Origin: Alphaproteobacteria bacterium
GTDB taxonomy: Bacteria > Pseudomonadota > Alphaproteobacteria > Bin95
Direction of reading: 5' to 3'
DNA length: 64,000 bases
Assembly (NCBI GenBank): GCA_965660545.1
Contig: CBFIAF010000019.1
Span: 2,372-66,371 of the forward strand
The translations under genes were made by a program, and so were the position numbers. Below the pieces are notes generated by a model. It worked only from the letters and a program-made list of their open reading frames with translations, was not told the DNA's origin and did no database searches. Shown piece after piece: positions 21,355 through 30,371 of the stretch (the stretch's first letter is position 1; every line of letters begins with the position of its first letter).

Positions 21355-23396
21355 TGGCCCGCTCCCACATGGATAATCAGGTTGCCTTGGGTGTCGCCGG
21401 TGACGCGATCACCGGGTTCAAGCACGATGGTCGTGTCCATCTGTTCAATAATGGTGGGGCCGCTAAACGCAGCGTCGATTGGCAGGCGCTCGCGGGCATA
21501 AATCGGCGTTTCAACCCAGTCTGTATCGAAGAAGACCGGGCGACTGCCGGTTAGGGCGTTCGTGACATTGGCCTGCCGTCCTGCCGGGTCGATCAGCAAT
21601 GAGAGATCAAGCGGTGGGCGGACGCCGATGACGGAGGTATTGATATTCACCAGTTTCGGGCGAATTTCGTCCAGTGCGATTTTGAACCGCGCCATGTAGG
21701 CGGCCTCAAACCGCTCGCGTAGGTCCTGGTGGCTGGGGCTTGGACCGTGCAACGGCACGCGCAGTATATGCGATTGGCCGACGAACTGCATATCGACGCT
21801 ATGGATATGCCGGCGCTCTACCAGCTCCACCGTTTCCCTATCGAGCAGCGCTTCGCCCTCAGTGATCTGGTCCTGAAAAACTTCGGCGACGGCGGTTTCA
21901 TCCAACGCATCGAGCGGCTGGTTGAGCGTGCGCACGAAATCATGGCGGAGGTCTGCGAGCGCGCAACCGAGGGCGTTGGTGATGCCGGGGCGAGCGGGCA
22001 TAAGAACCGTCGGCACACCAAGTTCCCGCGCCAGTGCAGCCGCATGCATTGGCCCCGCGCCGCCAAAAGCGAATAGCGCGAAGTCCCGTGGGTCTGCGCC
22101 GAGCGAAATCGACACCATGCGAATTGCGCCCGCCATTTTGGCGTTGGCGATGCGGATAACAGCGGCAGCGGATGCGACGGCGCTTAGGCCCAAAGGTGCC
22201 CCAAGTTTCTCGTCAAAGATGGCGTGGACATCATCCAGGCTAACGCCGCCTTCAACGGATTTGAGCTTGGCGGGGTCAAGCCGACCCAGCAGCAGATTGG
22301 CGTCAGAGATTGTCGGTAGCGTTCCACCGCGTCCGTAGCAAATCGGTCCCGGGTCCGCGCCAGCGCTTTCTGGCCCGACCTCGAGCAATCCCGCTGCGTT
22401 CACATGGGCGATGGACCCACCGCCAGCGCCGACTGTGCGCACATCCACCATGGGTACATGGATTGGCAGCGCGTATTCGACCTCGATTTCTGAGGATACG
22501 GCAGGTTCTGCATCCCGGATCAGCGCCACATCGGTTGAGGTGCCGCCCATGTCATAGGTGATCAAGTTCGGCGCGCCCGCTGCCCGGCCTGTATAGGCCG
22601 CTGCGATAACGCCAGATGCGGGGCCGGACATAACCGTTTTCGCTGCTTCCCGCGCAACCAGTTCGGCGGAAACAACGCCGCCATTGCCGTTCACGACCAG
22701 CACATCTCCTTTGTAGCCTTGGCCTTTGAGCTCGGAGGTCAAACGGCTGATATAGCGTTCTAGCAGCGGCTGGACGGACGCGTTGACCGCTGCCGTCACG
22801 CCGCGCTCATATTCCCGGCTTTCCGCTAGCAACGCATGGCCCATGGTCACAAATGCGTTGGGCCAGATATCGCGCACGATCTCGCCTGCGCGCTGCTCGT
22901 GGGCCGGATTGGCATAAGCATGCAGGAAGTGAATGACGACTGCCTCGCACCCTTCGCCGAGCAGCGCATTGGTTGCGGCGCGCACGTCGTCCTCCGCCAA
23001 GGGCGTGACCACTTCGCCTGCCGCATCCATCCGCTCCTGCACTTCAAGGCGAAGATCACGGGGGATTAGGGGCCGGAACTGGCCTTTCATACCGTAGGGG
23101 TTGGGGCGGGTGCGGCGGCCAAGTTCCAACACATCCCGGAACCCGGCGGTGGTGATAAGGCCGGTCTTGCTGAGCTTGCGTTCAAGTACGGCATTCGTTG
23201 TTGTCGTCGTGCCGTGGACGATCAGGTCAATTGTGGGAAGGTCTGCGTTGCCTTCTGTCAGTGCATGCAACACGCCGAAAGCTTGGTTGCCCGGCGTCGT
23301 TGCGGCCTTGGCAAGGCGGACAGTTCCAGCTTCCGTATCCAGCAACACCAAATCGGTGAACGTGCCGCCGACATCAATGCCTATAATTTGGCTCAT
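21351..23396 (-). CDS. Hydantoinase A / 5-oxoprolinase family ATP-binding subunit
   Basis: GIDVGGTFTD, HGTT, SGPASG, DMGGTSTD, GAGGGS, SAGADPGP. Confidence 0.9.
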   Translation of the reverse strand: MSQIIGIDVGGTFTDLVLLDTEAGTVRLAKAATTPGNQAFGVLHALTEGNADLPTIDLIVHGTTTTTNAVLERKLSKTGLITTAGFRDVLELGRRTRPNPYGMKGQFRPLIPRDLRLEVQERMDAAGEVVTPLAEDDVRAATNALLGEGCEAVVIHFLHAYANPAHEQRAGEIVRDIWPNAFVTMGHALLAESREYERGVTAAVNASVQPLLERYISRLTSELKGQGYKGDVLVVNGNGGVVSAELVAREAAKTVMSGPASGVIAAAYTGRAAGAPNLITYDMGGTSTDVALIRDAEPAVSSEIEVEYALPIHVPMVDVRTVGAGGGSIAHVNAAGLLEVGPESAGADPGPICYGRGGTLPTISDANLLLGRLDPAKLKSVEGGVSLDDVHAIFDEKLGAPLGLSAVASAAAVIRIANAKMAGAIRMVSISLGADPRDFALFAFGGAGPMHAAALARELGVPTVLMPARPGITNALGCALADLRHDFVRTLNQPLDALDETAVAEVFQDQITEGEALLDRETVELVERRHIHSVDMQFVGQSHILRVPLHGPSPSHQDLRERFEAAYMARFKIALDEIRPKLVNINTSVIGVRPPLDLSLLIDPAGRQANVTNALTGSRPVFFDTDWVETPIYARERLPIDAAFSGPTIIEQMDTTIVLEPGDRVTGDTQGNLIIHVGAGQ

Positions 23397-23827
23397 GGAT
23401 TGCTCTCCGGGTCTGCCAGCTTGGCGAGTAGCTTTGTAAAATGCGCTGCTTCTTCTGCCGTTAGCGGGCTCAATGTTTCGGCGGTGATGGCGTGGGCGGC
23501 GCTGACGCTCTTCGCATAGGCTGTGTGGCCTTTGTTAGTCAGCGTAACGACACGGCGGCGGCGGTCTGCAGCATCAGCAGAGCGGCCGATCAGACCGTTC
23601 TCAGCCAATCGGTCGACCATGACTTTCGTCGTGGCGGCGTCCATAGCGATCTGGCGGCCAAGATCGTTTTGGGAAAGCGGTCCACGCTCGTGCAGCCGGG
23701 CAAGTGCGGCGAACTGCGTTGGCGTCAATTCAGGAATACGGGCGCCGAAAATTGCGAGATGGCGTTGGTTCGCCTTCCGCATCAGATATCCCACTTGGCT
23801 GTCCAGGCTATAGGCGGCTGCGTTCAT
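23393..23827 (-). CDS. MarR-family transcriptional regulator (NicR-like)
   Basis: QVGYLMRKANQRH...LTPTQFAAL...SQNDLGR...DRRR winged HTH; divergent from the Mo-hydroxylase genes. Confidence 0.88.
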   Translation of the reverse strand: MNAAAYSLDSQVGYLMRKANQRHLAIFGARIPELTPTQFAALARLHERGPLSQNDLGRQIAMDAATTKVMVDRLAENGLIGRSADAADRRRRVVTLTNKGHTAYAKSVSAAHAITAETLSPLTAEEAAHFTKLLAKLADPESNP

Positions 23828-23852
23828 AAACTGCTCGCTTTGGTCTCAATGA

Positions 23853-23897
23853 TTGACAGCATAGCCTGCTGACGACACTATTTCATTCGTATACGAA
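23853..23897 (+). promoter_or_regulatory. Putative sigma70 promoter with overlapping palindromic operator
   Basis: TTGACA (23853-23858), 17 nt, CACTAT (23876-23881), then the perfect palindrome TTCGTATACGAA (23886-23897). Confidence 0.55.
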
Positions 23898-23902
23898 CAA
23901 AT

Positions 23903-24766
23903 TTGAAGGCTCCAGCGCAAGTGGACTATTTCAGGCCAAACAGTGTGGCGGAAGCCCTAATGATTGCAGAGCGTGGCGGCATGCGCATCGCTGCGGGCTG
24001 CACGGACCTATTTCCAGCGACACAGCAACAACGGTTGCCTGTGCCAATCCTCGACATTACTGGCATTCAGGCGTTGCGTGGCGTCTCCCGAAGCTGGAAT
24101 AGCTACCGGATCGGTGCCACAACGACCTGGACGGATATCGTGCGCGCAGACCTGCCGCCTGCCTTCGATGCTCTGAAGCAGGCGGCGCTGGAGGTTGGCG
24201 CCGTGCAAATTCAGAACTCTGGAACAGTGGCTGGCAATCTCTGCAATGCCTCGCCTGCTGCTGATGGAGTACCGCCGCTCCTGGCGTTGGATGCCTCTGT
24301 AGAACTACAGTCCAACAGAGGCGTGCGATCCCTGCCGCTTGGGGAATTCCTGACAGGCGTTCGGCAAACAGCGTTGCAGCCGGGGGAGATTGTGACGGCG
24401 GTAACAGTTCCAGAGGCTGCACGAGGGCGCTCCAGATTCTTAAAGCTGGGTGCGCGTAAGCACCTCGTGATTTCTATCGTAATGGCGGCTGTGCGCCTTG
24501 ATGTTGTGGACGGTCAGGTTCGAGAGGCGGCTGTATCCGTCGGTTCCTGCAGCCCCGTTGCCGCGCGGTTGCCTGCTGTAGAGGCAGCGTTGGCCAACGC
24601 GCCAATGGATGTTTCACTGGCCGTGCTTGTGCAGGACGCGGACGTCGCCGCAGCATTGACGCCCATCGCCGATATCCGTGGCGATGCGGATTATCGCTAC
24701 GATGCAGCGGCGGAATTGGTGCGTCGCGCCGTGCGGGATTTAGTCGATGAGAGGGTGGTGGCATGA
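23903..24766 (+). CDS. Xanthine-dehydrogenase-family FAD subunit (nicotinate dehydrogenase-like)
   Basis: IAAGCTDL, QIQNSGTVAGNLCNASPAAD, KLGARKHLVIS, DIRGDADYR. Confidence 0.88.
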   Translation: MKAPAQVDYFRPNSVAEALMIAERGGMRIAAGCTDLFPATQQQRLPVPILDITGIQALRGVSRSWNSYRIGATTTWTDIVRADLPPAFDALKQAALEVGAVQIQNSGTVAGNLCNASPAADGVPPLLALDASVELQSNRGVRSLPLGEFLTGVRQTALQPGEIVTAVTVPEAARGRSRFLKLGARKHLVISIVMAAVRLDVVDGQVREAAVSVGSCSPVAARLPAVEAALANAPMDVSLAVLVQDADVAAALTPIADIRGDADYRYDAAAELVRRAVRDLVDERVVA

Positions 24767-27492
24767 AGATTGCGCTCACCGTAAACGGCAGCTCTCACGA
24801 GTTCGAAACGGCACCTGGCCGTCGTCTGACAGATGTTCTGCGGGAAAATTTAGGCCAGCGCGATGTCAAAGTCGGCTGTGATGCTGGCGATTGCGGTGCT
24901 TGCACTGTGCTGGCGGATGGTGCGCCTGTATGCGCTTGCCTGACACCTGTAGCGCAGGTCCAAGGCCGCGAGATTACGACCGTCCAAGGCCTTGGACAGA
25001 ATGGCCTCACTAGCCTGCAGCAGGCCTTCCTCCGCCATGGTGCTGCGCAATGCGGTATCTGCACGCCGGGAATGCTTATGGCGGCGTCCGCACTTTTAGC
25101 TGAGAACACGGCACCAACGCGGGATCAAGCGGAAATGGCGCTTGGCGGTGTTCTATGCCGTTGCACCGGATACCAGAAAATAATCGACGCCGTGTGCGAT
25201 GTCGGAACAGGCTACGAGCCAGCCGGAGCGCCATTGACGGGCGCTGCAGTTGGTGCGCGGCTTGAGCGGTTGGACGGTCTTGCGAAGGTCAATGGCTCAG
25301 AAGCCTTTGGCGCTGACGCATGGCCGGAAGGTGCCTTGTATGTTCGCGCCATTCGCTCACCGCATCATTTGGCGTCGTTCAGTTTTGGCGATCTGGCTGC
25401 GTGGCAGGCGGCGACGCCGGGTATTGAAGCTGTATTCACCGCTGACGATATTGACGGCTCCAATTGCTTCGGCGTCATCCCGCCAATGGCGGATCAGCCC
25501 GCTTTGGCCGATGCCCTGGCCCGCTTCAAAGGTGAAGTGGTTGCGGTGATCGCAGGCGAACGGGAAGCCGTACTGGCGCTCGGCCCATTTGCATTCCCCA
25601 TTACCTGGGTGCCGCTAGACGCCACATTGGAACCCGATGCTGCGATGCTGCCGGACGCGCGGCTACTGCACAATTCAAGGCCCGGCAATATCCTCATCCG
25701 TGGCCGTGTCGCCCAGGGAGATGCTGAAGCTGGCCTCGCCGCTGCCGCCCACGTTGTCGAAGGCGCGTTCGAGACAAGTTTTGTTGAGCACGCATATATC
25801 GAGCCCGAAGCGGGTTCAGCGTGGATGGATGGCGATACGTTGGTCATTCAGGCGTGCACCCAAGCACCAGTGATGGATCAGGACGACGTAGCCAACGTGC
25901 TGGGCTTGCCCGCATGGCGGGTGCGGATCATCCCGACGGCGGCGGGCGGTGGCTTCGGCTCCAAGCTGGATATCTCACTGCAGCCGTTGATTGGCTTGGT
26001 TTCGCTGAAAACCGGCCGCCCGTGCCGCATGGTCTACACGCGCTGTGAAAGCATGGCCTCGACCACCAAGCGCCACGCCTCGCGTATGTCTGCCCGTATT
26101 GGCGTTGATGCCGATGGCCGCATTACTGGCATGGCGTTCGAAGGGGATTTCAACACCGGCCCGTATGCGAGCTGGGGGCCGACGGTCGCCAACCGCGTAC
26201 CGGTTCATGCGTCTGGCCCATACCGAACGTCGAATTATCTGGCGGAAACCCAGGCGGTTCATACCAATGCTTCTAATGCTGGGGCATTCCGGGGCTTTGG
26301 GGTGCCGCAAGCGGCGATCATGCAAGAGACGTTGTATGATCGGTTGGCAGAAAAATGTGGGCTGGATCGGTTGGCATTCCGCCAGTTAAACGCATTACAG
26401 GACGGCGACATTTCCGTTTGTGGGCAGCATCTGAATTCTGCTGGTATCAGCGAATGTTTGGATGCGCTGGCCGCGCCCTGGAAAACAGCTTTGGATGCTG
26501 CAGCGGCTTATAACGCGCGCTCAACGGAGCGGAAGCGCGGCGTTGGCGTTGCGTCATGCTGGTATGGCTGCGGCAATACATCTTTGCCTAACCCATCGAC
26601 GGTCCGACTTGGCGTTACTGCGGACGGGCGCTTGGTTTTGCACCAGGGTGCGACCGATATCGGGCAGGGCTCCAATACCGTCATCACCCAGATATGCGCC
26701 GACGCACTTGGCCTGCCTGTCGCAGCGTTCGAGCTTGTTGGTCCAGATACTGCACTGACGCCAGATTGCGGCAAAACCTCTGCCTCCCGCCAGACCTTTG
26801 TGACTGGCAACGCCGCATTGGCGTCCGGCAAAGCGCTCCGCCAGAGCGTTCTTCGCCTAGCGAATATGAGCGATGCGGCGGAACTCGACCTTGCAGATGG
26901 CGTACTCTCGGCAAGTGAAGGTGGGCGCAGTCAGATAATTGATCTCGCCCGCATGCCCGTTGACGACCATGGTTACGTGATCGCGGCGGAGGAAACCTAT
27001 GATCCGCCGACAGCGCCGCTGGATGAGAATGGTCAGGGTGTGCCTTATGCCATCTATGGTTATGGCGCGCAGATTGCGGAAGTCGAGGTCGATCTGGCGC
27101 TTGGCATTACGAAGGTATTGAAGGTGACGGCGGCGCATGATTTGGGTCGGGTGATAAATCCGCTATTGGCGGAAGGCCAGATTGAGGGTGGCGTGGCGCA
27201 AGGTCTGGGCTTGGCGCTCATGGAAGAATATCTGCCAGGGCGGACAGAGAACTTGCACGATTATCTGATCCCAACGACCGGCGACATGCCCCATATAGAG
27301 TCAATTTTGGTCGAGAAGCCGGACCCTGAAGGCCCCATGGGCGCGCGCGGCTTGGGTGAGCATGTCTTGATTCCAACGGCACCCGCAATCTTTAACGCGA
27401 TCCGCCATGCAAGCGGGGCTGAGATTGATTTCGCACCCGCTCTGCCGCACCGTATCCGAGCCGCTATCAAGCTGAAGGAGGAGCAGTCGTGA
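24763..27492 (+). CDS. Fused [2Fe-2S] + molybdopterin-binding subunit (nicotinate dehydrogenase-like)
   Basis: GCDAGDCGAC, QCGICTPG, CRCTGY, GGGFGSK, AFRGFG, GQG, catalytic GLGE. Confidence 0.9.
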   Translation: MKIALTVNGSSHEFETAPGRRLTDVLRENLGQRDVKVGCDAGDCGACTVLADGAPVCACLTPVAQVQGREITTVQGLGQNGLTSLQQAFLRHGAAQCGICTPGMLMAASALLAENTAPTRDQAEMALGGVLCRCTGYQKIIDAVCDVGTGYEPAGAPLTGAAVGARLERLDGLAKVNGSEAFGADAWPEGALYVRAIRSPHHLASFSFGDLAAWQAATPGIEAVFTADDIDGSNCFGVIPPMADQPALADALARFKGEVVAVIAGEREAVLALGPFAFPITWVPLDATLEPDAAMLPDARLLHNSRPGNILIRGRVAQGDAEAGLAAAAHVVEGAFETSFVEHAYIEPEAGSAWMDGDTLVIQACTQAPVMDQDDVANVLGLPAWRVRIIPTAAGGGFGSKLDISLQPLIGLVSLKTGRPCRMVYTRCESMASTTKRHASRMSARIGVDADGRITGMAFEGDFNTGPYASWGPTVANRVPVHASGPYRTSNYLAETQAVHTNASNAGAFRGFGVPQAAIMQETLYDRLAEKCGLDRLAFRQLNALQDGDISVCGQHLNSAGISECLDALAAPWKTALDAAAAYNARSTERKRGVGVASCWYGCGNTSLPNPSTVRLGVTADGRLVLHQGATDIGQGSNTVITQICADALGLPVAAFELVGPDTALTPDCGKTSASRQTFVTGNAALASGKALRQSVLRLANMSDAAELDLADGVLSASEGGRSQIIDLARMPVDDHGYVIAAEETYDPPTAPLDENGQGVPYAIYGYGAQIAEVEVDLALGITKVLKVTAAHDLGRVINPLLAEGQIEGGVAQGLGLALMEEYLPGRTENLHDYLIPTTGDMPHIESILVEKPDPEGPMGARGLGEHVLIPTAPAIFNAIRHASGAEIDFAPALPHRIRAAIKLKEEQS

Positions 27493-28931
27493 CCGTCAAA
27501 AAGGGCGATAAAGTCCGTTGTGACGCCTGTCCCGTCATGTGTTTCGTCGCTGAAGGCCGCGCCGGCGCCTGCGACCGCTATGCAAATATAGACGGCAAGA
27601 TCGTGCGGACAGACCCGCTGACAGTCTTCGATAAGCGCCTGGAAACGGGCGGCGAGATCAAGCCGTTCCTCCAGGCCGCTTGGGAAGCTAAGCCGTTCTC
27701 AGGCGATGAGGTTTTTGTGTCCGCCATTGGCGCAGGCACCACATATCCAGACTACAAGCCAGCGCCTTTTATTGTGAGCCGCAAGATTGACGGCGTTGAT
27801 TTCGTCACGGTCGTTTCCGAGGCTATTTTCTCTTATTGCGGCGCGAAGGTGAAAATCGATACTGACCGGCATATCGGTGATGAGGCAGCAACTGTCCGTT
27901 CCAATGGCGAGGCGATTGGTCATGTCATGACCGGCGAATATGGCAGCCAAATGCTATCCCTCGGCGGCGTCGACCACCTGACCGGCGGCGGCAAGGCGGA
28001 AGGCCGCGTGACTTGCGACGTGTTGATGCGGCTCTGTAACAAAGAAGCGGTCGAACTCTCCATTGACAATGGCTCCACGGTTCTGGTGCAGGCGGGGCAG
28101 GCGCCGGTTGTGGATGGCCATAGCGAAGCGCGCATGCGGGTTGGCTGCGGTTCCGCCACCATCGGCATGTTTGCATCCCAGTGGTCGGGGCTGGTGGATG
28201 AAGTGGTGGTCGTGGACGATCACATCACTGGCGTTGTCTCAGAACATCAAGCCGGCAAGGTACTGAACTGGCCAGATACAGGCATCCGCATCGAAGGCCG
28301 GCGCTCAACGCCGGGCCGGTACTTTGATGTAGCGGAACCGGGTCTTGGCTGGGGTGGTGCAGATATCGATGACCCACTGACCATCCTTGGTCCTTGGAAC
28401 ACTAAGAAGGGTGCCAAGCCAGGCCTGACCATGCTGATGGTATCCACCACCGGCGAGCAGTATGGTTATTACATACTGGATGAGGACCTGCAGCCGCGCC
28501 CGCATGATTTGCCCGCAGCGCTTCGCCCATCGGTCGATCTGATCGGGGAGAACTGCGAGGCGGCGCTTTGCACCGTGTTGTTCATGGGTGGGGCGGGCGG
28601 ATCGCTACGGTCCGGCGTAACACGCAATCCGGTGCGGCTAACGCGATCTGTGCAGGCTAAGCAGACGACCGTCACTATCGGCGGCGCTTCGGCCTATGTG
28701 TGGCCGGGCGGTGGGATCACGGTGATGGCGGACGTTATGGATACGCCTGACGCGGCCTTCGGTTATGTGCCGACGCCTGCCATCGTAGCGCCCTTGGAAT
28801 TTACGACGACGGTGGAGGAATACCGGCGGCTTGGTGGCCATGATGATGCCGCGCGCACCGTCGAGGACATCCTGGCGCACGGCGGCGAATATGGCGCGGA
28901 CGTGCGCACTATCGGCGGCATAGCCCGCTGA
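27489..28931 (+). CDS. 6-hydroxynicotinate reductase-like Fe-S flavoprotein
   Basis: CDACPVMC...GACDRY, GAGTTYPDYKPAPFI, MRVGCGSAT, GGAGGSLR; directly follows the Mo-hydroxylase. Confidence 0.8.
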   Translation: MTVKKGDKVRCDACPVMCFVAEGRAGACDRYANIDGKIVRTDPLTVFDKRLETGGEIKPFLQAAWEAKPFSGDEVFVSAIGAGTTYPDYKPAPFIVSRKIDGVDFVTVVSEAIFSYCGAKVKIDTDRHIGDEAATVRSNGEAIGHVMTGEYGSQMLSLGGVDHLTGGGKAEGRVTCDVLMRLCNKEAVELSIDNGSTVLVQAGQAPVVDGHSEARMRVGCGSATIGMFASQWSGLVDEVVVVDDHITGVVSEHQAGKVLNWPDTGIRIEGRRSTPGRYFDVAEPGLGWGGADIDDPLTILGPWNTKKGAKPGLTMLMVSTTGEQYGYYILDEDLQPRPHDLPAALRPSVDLIGENCEAALCTVLFMGGAGGSLRSGVTRNPVRLTRSVQAKQTTVTIGGASAYVWPGGGITVMADVMDTPDAAFGYVPTPAIVAPLEFTTTVEEYRRLGGHDDAARTVEDILAHGGEYGADVRTIGGIAR

Positions 28932-29764
28932 GCTGGGATGCGCCGCAAGCCTTGCGTCTGGCCGATGGGCGCTTGCATCTCCACCACGGTCCGATTGATC
29001 TGGTCATCGAAAGCTTCGGCCCCGGCGCTAACGCAAGCTATGCGCGCGCCGCCCACGTGTTCCAAACGGTGCTGATCGACCTGGCCGTGGAACTGCCGGA
29101 TTTGCGACGTCCGATAACTGATGATCCAGTGCTTACAGGAGCGATTGCCCAAGCGATGAGCGCCACAGTTCGGCCTTTCGCACCAGAATTCGTCACGCCG
29201 ATGGCGGCCGTCGCCGGTGCTGTCGCTGACTATGTGCTGCCGGCCCTGGTTGACGGCCCTGGCATTACCAAGGCCTACGTCAACAATGGCGGTGATGTGG
29301 CGTTCTTCCTGACGGAGGGCGCTGTATTCAATGCGGGCATTTTTGCTGAGCAGCCCGGCGCGTTTCAGGTGCGTTATGAGAACCCAGCCCGGGGGGTTGC
29401 TACCTCAGGGTGGCGTGGGCGCAGCCATTCGCTTGGCATAGCAGATGCTGTGACAGTCATGGCGGAGAATGCGGCGGCGGCGGATGTTGCGGCTACGTTG
29501 ATCGCCAATGCTGTGGATGTGCCTGCATCGCCAAAAATCAGACGGGCGCCTGCGGCAGAACTTGCGCCAGATAGTGATCTTGGCGAGCGGCTTGTGACGA
29601 CTGATGTTGTGGAATTATCAGAAAGCGAGACTGCGAGCGCGCTGGATCGTGGTGCTGCCTACGCGCAGCACATTTTGGGACGGGGACTGATCTATCGCGC
29701 AGCGTTGCAGCTAAACGGCGATGTTCGATTTGTGACGTCAGAAGGTTCGCAGCAGCGGCTCTAA
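28928..29764 (+). CDS. UPF0280 / ApbE-like flavin-transferase superfamily protein
   Basis: RLHLHHGPIDL, TPMAAVAGAVAD, NNGGD, ATSGWRGRSHSLGIAD. Start is CTG at 28928 (overlapping the upstream stop) or TTG at 28952. Confidence 0.82.
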   Translation: MSWDAPQALRLADGRLHLHHGPIDLVIESFGPGANASYARAAHVFQTVLIDLAVELPDLRRPITDDPVLTGAIAQAMSATVRPFAPEFVTPMAAVAGAVADYVLPALVDGPGITKAYVNNGGDVAFFLTEGAVFNAGIFAEQPGAFQVRYENPARGVATSGWRGRSHSLGIADAVTVMAENAAAADVAATLIANAVDVPASPKIRRAPAAELAPDSDLGERLVTTDVVELSESETASALDRGAAYAQHILGRGLIYRAALQLNGDVRFVTSEGSQQRL

Positions 29765-30225
29765 TCGGCTTTCTTCAAGTCGTCGGCTATACGATGCAAG
29801 GCCTTCGCATCAGATTGCGCCAGCGCTTTCAACAAGGCTGACAATTCTTCATCGTCAGCCCGTTCGGCTGCACGTTTCAGCGGAACCCATTTGATAGTGC
29901 GCTGGTTTTTCTCTTTCCAGTCATCCATTTGTTCGGTGACCAGGAGCGGATAAACCGCAACTTTGCTCGGTCGGATACTGCCGTCATCATTCAGATGGTC
30001 ATAGGCGTAAGCACCAATGGCTTTGCGACAGGCCGACCCGACGACGCCGGCTTCTTCAAGCGCCTCGACTTCGGCGACTTTGTTCGGCGCCAAGCCTTTG
30101 ATGGGATTACCCTTTGGCAGGATCCAGCGTTTCCGCGTCCGGGATGTCACCATCAGCAGGTGCACGCCGTCTTCATCCTGCCGGAACGGCAGCGCCGCAA
30201 CTTGGCGATGGAATTTCGACGGCAC
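29761..30225 (-). CDS. NUDIX hydrolase
   Basis: QVAALP, VTSR..RWILPKG, EALEEAG Nudix box. Confidence 0.85.
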   Translation of the reverse strand: MPSKFHRQVAALPFRQDEDGVHLLMVTSRTRKRWILPKGNPIKGLAPNKVAEVEALEEAGVVGSACRKAIGAYAYDHLNDDGSIRPSKVAVYPLLVTEQMDDWKEKNQRTIKWVPLKRAAERADDEELSALLKALAQSDAKALHRIADDLKKAD

Positions 30226-30371
30226 GGATGCGATCTCCTAAATGGGCTGGACGGTCAATGGATATAAACAACCTGTAGTATAATGCAATTTCTGCTTAAT
30301 TCCTAATCTGTTGCGCGGCAGCTTTGATATCTATGGTGAAGATACCGTTGAATTGCGTGAGGGGTAGAGCC

